A DNA stretch of 64,000 nucleotides from Christensenellaceae bacterium. GTDB lineage: Bacteria > Bacillota > Clostridia > Christensenellales > CAG-138. Below are positions 54,502-63,237 of this stretch, one piece after another (the stretch's first letter is position 1; each line of letters begins with the position of its first letter). The stretch lies in contig OY764017.1 of NCBI GenBank assembly GCA_963667795.1, positions 2,356,079 through 2,420,078 on the forward strand, written 5' to 3'. The position numbers and the translations under genes were made by a program. The notes beneath the pieces are model-generated. The model was not told the DNA's origin, ran no database searches, and saw only the letters and a program-made list of their open reading frames with translations.

Positions 54502-55674
54502 ATGAAAATCGTACATATTGTTCAACATTATATGCAAGGACATACGTATCAGGAGAATTATCTGCCTGCTGCGATGGCGAAGCTCGGACATGATGTAACA
54601 ATCATTTCCGGTGTGGACAATCCGGACTTTTTTAAAGAACCACAGCATAAGCGCGGAGATAAAATCCGGGATAAAGGCGTTACAATTCGCTACACGAAAA
54701 TAGGCTACAAACGGTTTTATACGCCGGTTCAAAATCTTTACGAGTTTTTATGCGAGGAGAAACCGGAGTTTGTGTTTGTTCACGGGTTCATCCTTACAAG
54801 AAGTCCACAGCTGCTGCGGTACGCGCGCCAAAACCCGGACTGTGTGTTTGCAGCGGACACACATGAAACGTATCTGCTGGCGTACAATGCATGCTTCACC
54901 AACACGATTCGGGACCGCATTCGACATTTTGTATATTTCAAGTGTATTTACCAACTCTGGCGGCGCACGGTGGAACGCCGGTATTGCAGCGTGTTTTACG
55001 TCACGCCGCCGCGTAAGACGTTTGCAATGCGGGAGTTTGGTTTTTCAGAACATATCTTAAAACCACTTTGGATGGGTGCGGATTTTCAGACACTGCCATA
55101 CGAACAAAAGCCGGCATTACGCGGCGCGATGCGCGAAAAATACGGAATTCCAACAGACGCGAACATTATGGTACTGGCCGGCAAGCTGGATGCAAAAAAA
55201 CGTCCCGTGGAACTGGCCGAAGCATTTCGTCGATTGGATAATGCGAACTGGTGGCTGATGTATGTTGGAAGTACGGAAGCGGACGTTTGCAAGCGCATTG
55301 AACGGGCTGCGGGAGAGACAGAGCAAATCATTTTTACCGGGTTTTTATCCGGCAACGAGGTCCTTGAACATATCGCGGCAAGCGACCTTGCGGTATATCC
55401 CGGCGCGCATTCCGTCTTATGGGAGCAAACGGTTTGTCTAGGCATTCCCGCTGTCTTTTACGAGGAACATCCGGGAGATGCTGCGCATCTTTCGGATAGG
55501 AATGCATTATTTATTCATCACGGTGACGCCGAAGAAATTTTAGACCGTTTGCAGAAGCTCTGCGCTGACAAAGCGTTGTTGATACAAATGGGCAAGCGTG
55601 CGCGTCAGTATGCGGAGAGCAACCTTTCGTATGATAAAACAGCGGAAAAAGCGCTCCATGATTGCGGATTCTGA
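54502..55674 (+). CDS. Glycosyltransferase family 4
   Basis: 'MKIVHIVQHY', 'VLAGKLDAKKRP' and 'FTGFLSG..' are present, with 'AASDLAVYPG' in the C-terminal GT-B domain. 390 aa. Confidence 0.75.
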   Translation: MKIVHIVQHYMQGHTYQENYLPAAMAKLGHDVTIISGVDNPDFFKEPQHKRGDKIRDKGVTIRYTKIGYKRFYTPVQNLYEFLCEEKPEFVFVHGFILTRSPQLLRYARQNPDCVFAADTHETYLLAYNACFTNTIRDRIRHFVYFKCIYQLWRRTVERRYCSVFYVTPPRKTFAMREFGFSEHILKPLWMGADFQTLPYEQKPALRGAMREKYGIPTDANIMVLAGKLDAKKRPVELAEAFRRLDNANWWLMYVGSTEADVCKRIERAAGETEQIIFTGFLSGNEVLEHIAASDLAVYPGAHSVLWEQTVCLGIPAVFYEEHPGDAAHLSDRNALFIHHGDAEEILDRLQKLCADKALLIQMGKRARQYAESNLSYDKTAEKALHDCGF

Positions 55675-55890
55675 AAAGTGAAACGAGCTTTTTCGGACGT
55701 ATATCATTGCTTAGCCGCAAAAGAGACCCACAAAATCTTTGCAGAAATGGTTTTTGGATAAAAAGTGTGCGAAACAAACGGATTTCAGCTATAATAAAAC
55801 GATAAAATCGTGAAGAATATGAGCAAGCTATAGTAGAAACGGCGGCAACCATGACGAAAAAACGAACAATTATGAAACAATACACTTTGG

Positions 55891-55920
55891 TTGCGCGCTT
55901 TTCTTACGCTGTGATATAAT
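55891..55920 (+). promoter_or_regulatory. Promoter TTGCGC-18-(TGa)TATAAT upstream of ftsA
   Basis: Read directly from the sequence. The extended -10 is tgatataat. Confidence 0.45.
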
Positions 55921-55959
55921 ATCGCCGTATATGTTGAGAAGTTGGCGGAGGAGACCGCA

Positions 55960-57141
55960 TTGAAGCCGGCTGCGGTACTGGACATAGGGAGTTCAAAGGT
56001 TATCTGTCTGTGTGGCAGTTTTGTCAATCGGGATGGCATTACGGTGCACGGTGTTTCGGTGTGCCCGTATGAAGGCTATCAAAACGGCGTTTTTTCTAAT
56101 CATCGATCGCTGCATAGCGCAATCGTCGAAGCAGTATCCCGCGCCGAGCAGGAAGCCCGTATGCGCATCCGCGAAATCGCGTTGAGTGTACCGTCTCCGT
56201 TCTGCAAGATCGTGATGACGGAAGCGACACTGGCAATTGGCAGCCGCAACAAACGGGTGATGGCAGAAGATATTGACGACGTCATCTCGCTTTCCCTGAA
56301 AAAGGTCAAGCTGAGCGGGTATGTGCTCATGCACAGCACGCCGGTGTCCTTTACGGTTGGCGGGGTGGTGTCTTCTACACTTCCGGCGGGCGCGAAAACC
56401 GAAGAACTTGGCGCGCTCGTGTCGCATATGTATGTGCAGGAAGAGTTTGTCAAAACGATCGAGCAGGTGCTCGCAACGCTAGACATTGAGATTTCCATGA
56501 GCGTATCGACACAGCTTTGCGGTGCGCTGGCGATCATTCCCGAAAAGGAACGCGTACGCCCCGCGATACTCATCGACGTTGGATATACGCACACAGATGT
56601 GTCCATCGTGGAAAATGCGGCGCTGACCGATATACGCACCGTAGAAATAGGCGGCAAACATTTTGCTTCCGATCTCGCGTTCGGCCTTGACGTGCCGATT
56701 GAAACGGCGGAACTTGTGAAGCGGCGTTATGTCTTTTTGCAGGAACCACTCAGCACTACAGAAATCGTTCGTTCGCCTTCGGGCGCCAAGCGAGTCGACC
56801 ACGCTGCGATTGAGCTGATTATCGAAGCGCGTGCGAGCGAACTGGTTTCGATGATCCGCGATGCGCTCAAGGAAATGGGCGTTTCGCCGGAAGCAAGCCC
56901 GGTGACCTATTTAACAGGCGGCGGGATTGCAATGATGAAAGGCGGCATCGAATACCTCAAACGCGGCTTGCAGCTGTCCATTCAGCCGGACACGCCGTGG
57001 GTGGCGGATATGGATACGCCTAACTATACAAGCGCATTTGCGGCTTTGGATTTTGTTCTGCGCGCTACGAGCGACGATGTTGTAACCAACACCGCGCCCG
57101 CAACCGTTGCAGACAGGCTTCGTAACCTTTTTACCAAATAA
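55960..57141 (+). CDS. ftsA: Cell division protein FtsA
   Basis: A TTG start at 55960 is preceded by ggcggaggag; the ORF is open from TTG at 55942. The actin-like motif 'AVLDIGSSKV', 'LIDVGYTHTDVSIV' and 'YLTGGGIAMMKG' are present, and the amphipathic C-terminus is 'DRLRNLFTK'. Confidence 0.85.
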   Translation: MKPAAVLDIGSSKVICLCGSFVNRDGITVHGVSVCPYEGYQNGVFSNHRSLHSAIVEAVSRAEQEARMRIREIALSVPSPFCKIVMTEATLAIGSRNKRVMAEDIDDVISLSLKKVKLSGYVLMHSTPVSFTVGGVVSSTLPAGAKTEELGALVSHMYVQEEFVKTIEQVLATLDIEISMSVSTQLCGALAIIPEKERVRPAILIDVGYTHTDVSIVENAALTDIRTVEIGGKHFASDLAFGLDVPIETAELVKRRYVFLQEPLSTTEIVRSPSGAKRVDHAAIELIIEARASELVSMIRDALKEMGVSPEASPVTYLTGGGIAMMKGGIEYLKRGLQLSIQPDTPWVADMDTPNYTSAFAALDFVLRATSDDVVTNTAPATVADRLRNLFTK

Positions 57142-57153
57142 GGGGGACAAACT

Positions 57154-58485
57154 ATGTTTGAACCGGATTTCGAAAACACATCATTTGCTCAGATTAAAGT
57201 CATCGGCGTTGGAGGCGCTGGCTGTAACGCCATCAATCGGATGGTGCAGTACGGCCTCAGAGGCGTCGATTTTATTGCGATCAACACTGATAAGCAGGCG
57301 CTGTTTCTGGCAAAAGCACCAACAAAGATACAGATCGGCGAAAAGCTGACCAAAGGCCTCGGCGCGGGTGCCGATCCGGAGATCGGACGCAAGGCCGCGG
57401 ACGAAAGTCGTGAGTTGATCACGGAAGCGCTTCAGGATACCGATATGGCCTTTATCACCGCCGGCATGGGCGGCGGCACCGGGACGGGCGCTACGTCCAT
57501 CGTTGCCGAATGTGCGCGTGAACTGGGCATTTTGACCATCGCGGTCGTTACAAAGCCGTTCACGTTCGAAGGCAAGGTTCGCATGCGCAATGCGGAAATC
57601 GGCATTGCCGCGCTCAAGCCAGCCGTGGATACGCTGATTACAATTCCAAACGATAAATTAATCGATTTGGTAGGTCGCGCAAGCCTTCCGGACGCGCTCC
57701 GTGTTGCGGACGACGTGCTCCGCCAAGGTATTCAGGGCATTTCCGACCTGATTGCCGTACCGGCCATGATTAACCTCGACTTTGCAGACGTCAAAACCAT
57801 TATGCGCGAAAAGGGACTGGCGCACATGGGCATCGGCAATGCGTCCGGCGAAAAACGTGCGTCGGAAGCCGCACGGCAGGCCATCGAAAGCCCGTTGCTG
57901 GAGACCAGCATCAACGGCGCGCGCGGCGTGCTCATGAATATTACGGGCGGCCCGGATTTGAGCCTGCTCGAAGTCAACGAAGCCGCGGAACTCATCAGCG
58001 AAAATGTCGATCCCGAGGCGAACATCATCTTTGGCGCAGATATCGACGAAGCGATGGGTGAAGCGCTGCGCATCACGGTCATCGCAACCGGGTTCGACCG
58101 CACCGACCGCAGCGGCGGCGCACAGACGATCCCTGGTTACGGCGCCACGCCGTTCAGCTCGTTCCGCTCACCTTACGGCAATGCGAACATGGGTGGATCG
58201 CCTCAGCCGCAGCAGCCGCAACAGCCGCAACCGATGCAGCAGCCGCAGCAACCGCAACAGCCGCAGTATCAGCAGCCACAGACTATGCGTCCGAATCCCG
58301 GCCAGCCGGTCTATTCTTCGGCGTCGTATGCGCCGCGCCGCCCGATTATGGCGGACGAACCGGTTGCCGCGCCCGTGCCGCAGCAACGGCAGGATCAGCC
58401 GATCGGCGAAAATGATATTCGCCGCGACTATCAGGAAAAACCGAAGAGCAAGCTGGACGTGCCCGCGTTCCTTCGCAATCGGTAA
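57154..58485 (+). CDS. ftsZ: Cell division GTPase FtsZ
   Basis: '[17 protein letters not shown]' and '[10 protein letters not shown]' (tubulin signature) are present. A Q/P-rich linker is followed by the conserved C-terminal peptide '[10 protein letters not shown]'. Confidence 0.95.
   Translation: MFEPDFENTSFAQIKVIGVGGAGCNAINRMVQYGLRGVDFIAINTDKQALFLAKAPTKIQIGEKLTKGLGAGADPEIGRKAADESRELITEALQDTDMAFITAGMGGGTGTGATSIVAECARELGILTIAVVTKPFTFEGKVRMRNAEIGIAALKPAVDTLITIPNDKLIDLVGRASLPDALRVADDVLRQGIQGISDLIAVPAMINLDFADVKTIMREKGLAHMGIGNASGEKRASEAARQAIESPLLETSINGARGVLMNITGGPDLSLLEVNEAAELISENVDPEANIIFGADIDEAMGEALRITVIATGFDRTDRSGGAQTIPGYGATPFSSFRSPYGNANMGGSPQPQQPQQPQPMQQPQQPQQPQYQQPQTMRPNPGQPVYSSASYAPRRPIMADEPVAAPVPQQRQDQPIGENDIRRDYQEKPKSKLDVPAFLRNR
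58201..58281 (+). repeat. Low-complexity CAG/CCG-rich tract encoding the PQ-rich FtsZ linker
   Basis: cagccgcagcagccgcaacagccgcaaccg... translates as [27 protein letters not shown]. Confidence 0.7.
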
Positions 58486-58501
58486 ATTTGTTTGCACACA
58501 T

Positions 58502-58536
58502 AAAGCGCCGCAATTCTGCGGCGCTTTGTTGTTTTG
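58502..58536. terminator. Rho-independent terminator between convergent ftsZ and sanA-like genes
   Basis: aaagcgccgca-attc-tgcggcgcttt is followed by gttgtttt. Confidence 0.85.
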
Positions 58537-58551
58537 GTCGATGGAAATTCT

Positions 58552-59244
58552 TTAGTCGTTTGTAAGGTCCCCGTCACCCCAAATTGGGATTGCATCGCCA
58601 AGATAGGTTGGCTTTGGCATGAACAGCGTATAGAAGAAGTCTTTGTTTCGCGCAAGAATCTCTCTTGCAACAAAGCGCGGCATACCCGGATAGGTGCGAA
58701 TATCCGCCGCAACGCCATACGCCGTCAACCCCATTGTCTCGGCAACATACAATGCGCGGTAAAGGTGGTACTCCTGCGTGACGATGAGCACGCTTTCCAC
58801 GTGAAAGACGTCTCTTGCGCGATACAGGCTCTCATAGGTTGAAAAACCGGCGTGATCCATAAAGACGTTTTCCGACGGGATGCCCTGTTCGACGGCGTAT
58901 GCTTTCATCGCATTGACTTCATCATAATCCGTGTTTCCATGGTCGCCGCTCATCAGGATGCGGTCGGATGCGCCGTTTTCGTAAGCGGCGATGCCAGTGA
59001 TCAGGCGATCTTCCAGAATACCGCTTGGATTGCCGTTGTCCCAAACGCGAGCGCCGAGAATCAAAACGCAATCTACGTCCAATGTACCCGCTTCGTCCAA
59101 GGTGACGATACGGTCCCGGACGGACGCGCACATGATTCCGCTGACTGCAAATGGTGAAAGCAGCAATACCAACAAGAGAAGCGCACTTATCCAAATCAGC
59201 GTGTGCTTCCAATTGGAACGAGGTTGCTTAATTATATGTTTCAT
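58552..59244 (-). CDS. SanA/YdcF (DUF218) family membrane-anchored protein
   Basis: N-terminal TM segment. 'DCVLILGARVW.NG.PS..LEDRL', 'ILMSGDHG...YDEVNAMK' and 'HAGFSTYES' are present. Confidence 0.75.
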   Translation of the reverse strand: MKHIIKQPRSNWKHTLIWISALLLLVLLLSPFAVSGIMCASVRDRIVTLDEAGTLDVDCVLILGARVWDNGNPSGILEDRLITGIAAYENGASDRILMSGDHGNTDYDEVNAMKAYAVEQGIPSENVFMDHAGFSTYESLYRARDVFHVESVLIVTQEYHLYRALYVAETMGLTAYGVAADIRTYPGMPRFVAREILARNKDFFYTLFMPKPTYLGDAIPIWGDGDLTND

Positions 59245-59384
59245 GAGATATAGTATACCGGTGGTATTTGAAGCGGGTGAAACAAAACGTTAAATAATTT
59301 GCAAACAAGAAAACAACAGTTCTTTTTAAATAGTAGACACAGAGCGTTGGAGATGCATAATAAACAGCTATTATAAGTACATTG

Positions 59385-59413
59385 TTGAATTTCAAAATTG
59401 TCGTAGCTATAAT
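59385..59413 (+). promoter_or_regulatory. Consensus-like promoter TTGAAT-17-TATAAT
   Basis: Read directly from the sequence. It lies 58 nt upstream of the CapA-family gene start. Confidence 0.5.
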
Positions 59414-59414
59414 G

Positions 59415-59447
59415 AATGAAATGCCTGCTTTTGGGCATTCATTTTTT
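59415..59447 (+). other. Hairpin plus T6 immediately after the -10 box (a terminator-like element or an operator palindrome)
   Basis: tgaa(a)tgcc (59417-25) pairs with ggcattca (59434-41) and is followed by tttttt. The predicted TSS falls inside the 5' arm. Confidence 0.4.
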
Positions 59448-59470
59448 GTATAAAACATTGGGGTACACGA

Positions 59471-60658
59471 TTGAAACGATTGGCGCCAGTTTTTTGTTTG
59501 ATTATTTTGTGTTTATGCTGTAACCTCGGTTGCCGAAGCAATGACACCGACGAAACGTCACAAATGACGCAGACGCCTACGCCTGCGAATATTCGGGTTG
59601 CTACGGCAGAACCGACCGCAACCCCAACGCCGCAGACGCAAAGGGCGGTGATTGTGGCGGTGGGTGATTTAATGTGTACAAGTGGGCAGATTATCGCGGG
59701 CAAAACAGGCGGCGGATACGATTTTCACGGCAGCTTCGAGCAGACGAAAGAATCGCTCGTTTCGGCGGATCTCGCCGTTGGCAACCTCGAAACGCTTGTA
59801 GCGGACGATCTGCCATTTAGCACAACGGCCAGTCCGGACAAAGAGGACGACCGAATCAAGTATCTGATGAACGCGCCGACCGAATTTTTAATAGCGCTTC
59901 GTGACGCAGGGTTTGATGTGCTTACACTGGCAAACAATCACATTTTTGATTATCGCGCCGAAGGGATCACACAGACACTGGAAAATATGGATGCGTTGTC
60001 GCTGCTCCACACGGGAGCGTATGCCACCGAATCCGAGCGGCAGATATTGATTACGGAAGTCAACGGAATCCATATTGCTCTGTTGGCCTATACGCGTGTG
60101 TTAAATGTGAGCACGGGTGGGCGATACGGATTTATGGTGGATGCTATCAAGTACGATGCAATTGAGGCAGACATCGAAGCGGCGCGCGCCGCGGGCGCCG
60201 ATTTTGTGATCGTTTTTCCGCATTGGGGAACGGAGGATTCACAGCAGGCAAGCAAAGACCAGCGCCGCGTTGCGGAAAAGATTGCGGCGGCCGGTGCTGA
60301 TTTGATTCTGGGATCACACCCGCATTGCATTCAGCCGGTTGAAGTCATAGAAACCGACCACGGCACAGTACCCGTGTTCTATTCGATGGGGAATTTCATC
60401 ACAAACATGGGGAGAAATACCAATAGAGATGGCGTCATTGTATCGGTTGTTCTTGAAAAACTGACGGAAACAGGGGAAACGGTTATCACTTCGCTTTCCT
60501 ACACACCGACGGTATGTTTGTCTACGAACGAAGAAAAATACGTAATCTACCCTGCAGACGCCGCTTCCATTACCGGCAGTCCGGTTGAGGTAGAGTTAAC
60601 GGGATCGCGCGAACGTACGCTTCGCATACTAAAAGAAGAAATCGCCAATATAAACTAA
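59471..60658 (+). CDS. CapA-family (PGA_cap metallophosphatase-fold) lipoprotein
   Basis: TTG start. The lipoprotein signal is 'LIILCLCCNLGC'. Intact motifs are 'VAVGDLM', 'GNLE', 'LANNHIFD', 'FPHWGTE', 'GSHPHCIQP' and 'YSMGNF'. Confidence 0.8.
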   Translation: MKRLAPVFCLIILCLCCNLGCRSNDTDETSQMTQTPTPANIRVATAEPTATPTPQTQRAVIVAVGDLMCTSGQIIAGKTGGGYDFHGSFEQTKESLVSADLAVGNLETLVADDLPFSTTASPDKEDDRIKYLMNAPTEFLIALRDAGFDVLTLANNHIFDYRAEGITQTLENMDALSLLHTGAYATESERQILITEVNGIHIALLAYTRVLNVSTGGRYGFMVDAIKYDAIEADIEAARAAGADFVIVFPHWGTEDSQQASKDQRRVAEKIAAAGADLILGSHPHCIQPVEVIETDHGTVPVFYSMGNFITNMGRNTNRDGVIVSVVLEKLTETGETVITSLSYTPTVCLSTNEEKYVIYPADAASITGSPVEVELTGSRERTLRILKEEIANIN

Positions 60659-60753
60659 AGAAGCAAGTGAGAATAAAAAACTGACAAAACTTGACGTGTA
60701 TCCGTCGGGTTTTGTTTGCTATACTGGATGCAACGAAAGGAGAAAGACTGCCT

Positions 60754-61620
60754 ATGCATTATGCCGACTATAAAACCATCCTTTCGCCACAAAATGGAAT
60801 GAATCTGTACCGCGGCTGTTCGCACGGCTGCATCTATTGCGACAGCCGGAGCAAATGTTACCAAATTAACCACGCGTTTGAAGATATCGAAGTCAAGCGA
60901 AACGCAGCGCAAATTTTGGAAGCACAACTTCGCAAAAGAAGAAAACCCTGCATGATCGGTACGGGGTCGATGTGCGACCCGTATATTCCACTTGAAACAA
61001 AACTGCAGCTCACACGGCAATGCATCGAACTGATCGAGCGATACGGGTTTGGATTAGCGATCCTGACGAAATCCGCGCGAATTTTGCGGGATATCGACCT
61101 GCTGAAAAGGATCAATCAAAAGACAAAATGTGTTGTGCAGATGACCCTGACGACCTATGACGAAGCCCTGTGCAAAAAGCTGGAGCCAAATGTGTCTACA
61201 ACATTGGAGCGCTTTCATGCGCTGGAGACAATGCGCGACGAAGGTATCCCGACCGTGGTTTGGATGAGTCCGATTCTGCCGTTTATCAACGATACGGAGG
61301 AGAATATCGAAGGTTTGCTGGATTACTGCATTCGCGCAAAGGTGCACGGCATCGTAAATTTCGGTTTTGGGGTTACGCTGCGCGAAGGCGACCGCGAATA
61401 CTTTTATGCCGCGCTGGATCGTGATTTTCCGGGCGTGAAGCAGCGTTATATACAACAGTTCGGCAACGCATACGAATGCTCCAGCCCCAACAACAAGAAG
61501 CTGATGGAAATCTATCGATCGACGTGCAAACAGCGCGGAATTCTATACCGACCGAATGATGTGTTTGCGTATATGCATGAATTTGAAAGCAAAGACAGGC
61601 AGCTGTCCCTGTTTGAATGA
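60754..61620 (+). CDS. Radical SAM protein (SPL/DNA-photolyase-like family)
   Basis: The start is at MHYADYK (SD aaaggag). The 4Fe-4S motif is 'CSHGCIYC' (CxxxCxxC). 288 aa. Confidence 0.7.
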   Translation: MHYADYKTILSPQNGMNLYRGCSHGCIYCDSRSKCYQINHAFEDIEVKRNAAQILEAQLRKRRKPCMIGTGSMCDPYIPLETKLQLTRQCIELIERYGFGLAILTKSARILRDIDLLKRINQKTKCVVQMTLTTYDEALCKKLEPNVSTTLERFHALETMRDEGIPTVVWMSPILPFINDTEENIEGLLDYCIRAKVHGIVNFGFGVTLREGDREYFYAALDRDFPGVKQRYIQQFGNAYECSSPNNKKLMEIYRSTCKQRGILYRPNDVFAYMHEFESKDRQLSLFE

Positions 61621-61644
61621 ACGCTGCTGTATGAATCGGGCCAG

Positions 61645-62130
61645 TTACAGGTCATTGATGCGAATAATTTTACAGCCTTTACTCTCGTAATAGCGCAGCA
61701 TGTCGTCAATTTTTCGCTTATCATAGCTTGTAACGCAATCCGACAATACGCTAACACTATAATCTGCTTTACGTAAGTTATAACAGGTTGATTTTACACA
61801 AGCAACGGCATCTGCGCCTGCTATGTAGAAATCACATATTTCATTTTTGCGAATAAAGTCTGCGAATTCTTCACTGCTTAATGCGTTTCCTTTGTATTTT
61901 GTAAAAACATTTGTCGATACGATTTTGAGGTCGGGTGCGAATTCCGATCCGTGCGTGTTGGGTTTAAAAGTCCGCGTGCCGGCGGATAGATTTTCGTGCC
62001 TTATGTAAACTACATGAATATGATTAGCGACTGCCCAATCAATCGCTCTGTTAATATTGCCGATAATCTCCTTGTAATTCTTTGTTATGTCATTTTGAAT
62101 ATCGATGATTACCAAAGCCTTTTTCTGCAT
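61645..62130 (-). CDS. Isochorismatase-family cysteine hydrolase
   Basis: The start is at MQKKALVIIDIQND (SD aggagg). A D-K-C triad is present: D in 'IIDIQND', K in 'FTKYK' and C in 'GADAVACV'. 161 aa. Confidence 0.75.
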   Translation of the reverse strand: MQKKALVIIDIQNDITKNYKEIIGNINRAIDWAVANHIHVVYIRHENLSAGTRTFKPNTHGSEFAPDLKIVSTNVFTKYKGNALSSEEFADFIRKNEICDFYIAGADAVACVKSTCYNLRKADYSVSVLSDCVTSYDKRKIDDMLRYYESKGCKIIRINDL

Positions 62131-62182
62131 AGTACTTCCTCCTGAATGTTTGATTACGATTACCTTTTTACTATAACGCGTG

Positions 62183-62215
62183 ATTGTTGACAATAGTATG
62201 GCAACAATACATACT
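62183..62215 (+). promoter_or_regulatory. Promoter TTGACA-17-CATACT overlapped by the inverted repeat ATTGTTG-N12-CAACAAT
   Basis: Read directly from the sequence, in the divergent intergenic region between the hydrolase and the WYL regulator. Confidence 0.4.
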
Positions 62216-62247
62216 GATTATAGGAAATTTTGGAGGGCGGCTATCAA

Positions 62248-63180
62248 ATGAAAGTTGACCGACTTGTTAGCATTATCATGATACTCCTCGAAACAGAGCG
62301 GATAGGCGCACAGGAGTTGGCGGACATGTTTGAGGTTTCACCCCGCACAATCTACCGTGATATAGACACGATCAACATGGCGGGTATTCCAGTTCGATCA
62401 ACACCGGGAGCCGGCGGCGGATTTGAAATCATGCAGCAATACAAGATTCATAAAAAAGTTTTTTCAACTGCCGACCTTTCCGCTATCCTGATGGGGCTTT
62501 CCAGCCTTTCCAACATGATACGGGGAGACGAGCTGGCAAACGCACTTGCGAAAGTTAAGAGCTTTATTCCTGCCGACAAAGCGAAAGACATTGAATTAAA
62601 AGCCAACCAAATTTATATCGATTTAAGTCCCTGGGTGAGCAACCGGAACATACAACCATATTTAGAAATGATCAAAACGGCCATACAGGAAAGCAAACTG
62701 CTATCATTTGAATATACAGACCGCCACGGGAGTAAAACAGCGCGAACAGCCGAGCCGTATCAACTGGTACTGAAGGGTAATCATTGGTATTGGCAAGGGT
62801 ATTGTCAAACAAGAGATGATTTTCGCTTGTTCAGGATATCTCGCATGTCAAACTTAAAAATAGAAAAAGAGACTTTTACGCCACGCGAATATCAAAAACC
62901 GCAGTTGGAATTTTCCGATATTTTGGAAGCTTTACAAACAAAAATTAAAATTCGCATTCATAAATCTGTTATGGACAGAGTGCTGGATTATTGTGCTTAT
63001 GAAGCATTTTCACCAGACGGCGACGAACACTACATCGTAGAATTTCCATTCATAGAGAATGACTATTATTACGATATTCTTTTCAGTTTCGGAGACAAAT
63101 GCGAATGCTTGGAACCGTTGCATATTCGCATGGAAATGAAACGCAGAATCCATGCTATCGCTCATTTATACGAATACTAG
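62248..63180 (+). CDS. YafY-like transcriptional regulator (HTH + WYL + WCX domains)
   Basis: The start is at MKVDRL (SD ggaggg). The HTH is 'AQELADMFEVSPRTIYRDIDTINMAGIPV'. The WYL region is 'EPYQLVLKGNHWYWQGYC..RDDFRLFRISRM'. Confidence 0.8.
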   Translation: MKVDRLVSIIMILLETERIGAQELADMFEVSPRTIYRDIDTINMAGIPVRSTPGAGGGFEIMQQYKIHKKVFSTADLSAILMGLSSLSNMIRGDELANALAKVKSFIPADKAKDIELKANQIYIDLSPWVSNRNIQPYLEMIKTAIQESKLLSFEYTDRHGSKTARTAEPYQLVLKGNHWYWQGYCQTRDDFRLFRISRMSNLKIEKETFTPREYQKPQLEFSDILEALQTKIKIRIHKSVMDRVLDYCAYEAFSPDGDEHYIVEFPFIENDYYYDILFSFGDKCECLEPLHIRMEMKRRIHAIAHLYEY

Positions 63181-63196
63181 AATCATTTTCAAAAGC

Positions 63197-63223
63197 AAAG
63201 AGGACGCTCTCGCGTCCTCTTTT
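63197..63223. terminator. Bidirectional rho-independent terminator
   Basis: aaagaggacgc-tctc-gcgtcctcttt lies between convergent genes. Confidence 0.85.
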
Positions 63224-63237
63224 GATAAGTCGTTCCT

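Noticed and set aside
55851-55919. A 22-codon ORF (MTKKRTIMKQYTLVARFSYAVI) upstream of ftsA
   Set aside because: It has a weak SD and overlaps the predicted ftsA promoter -10. It is most likely non-coding.
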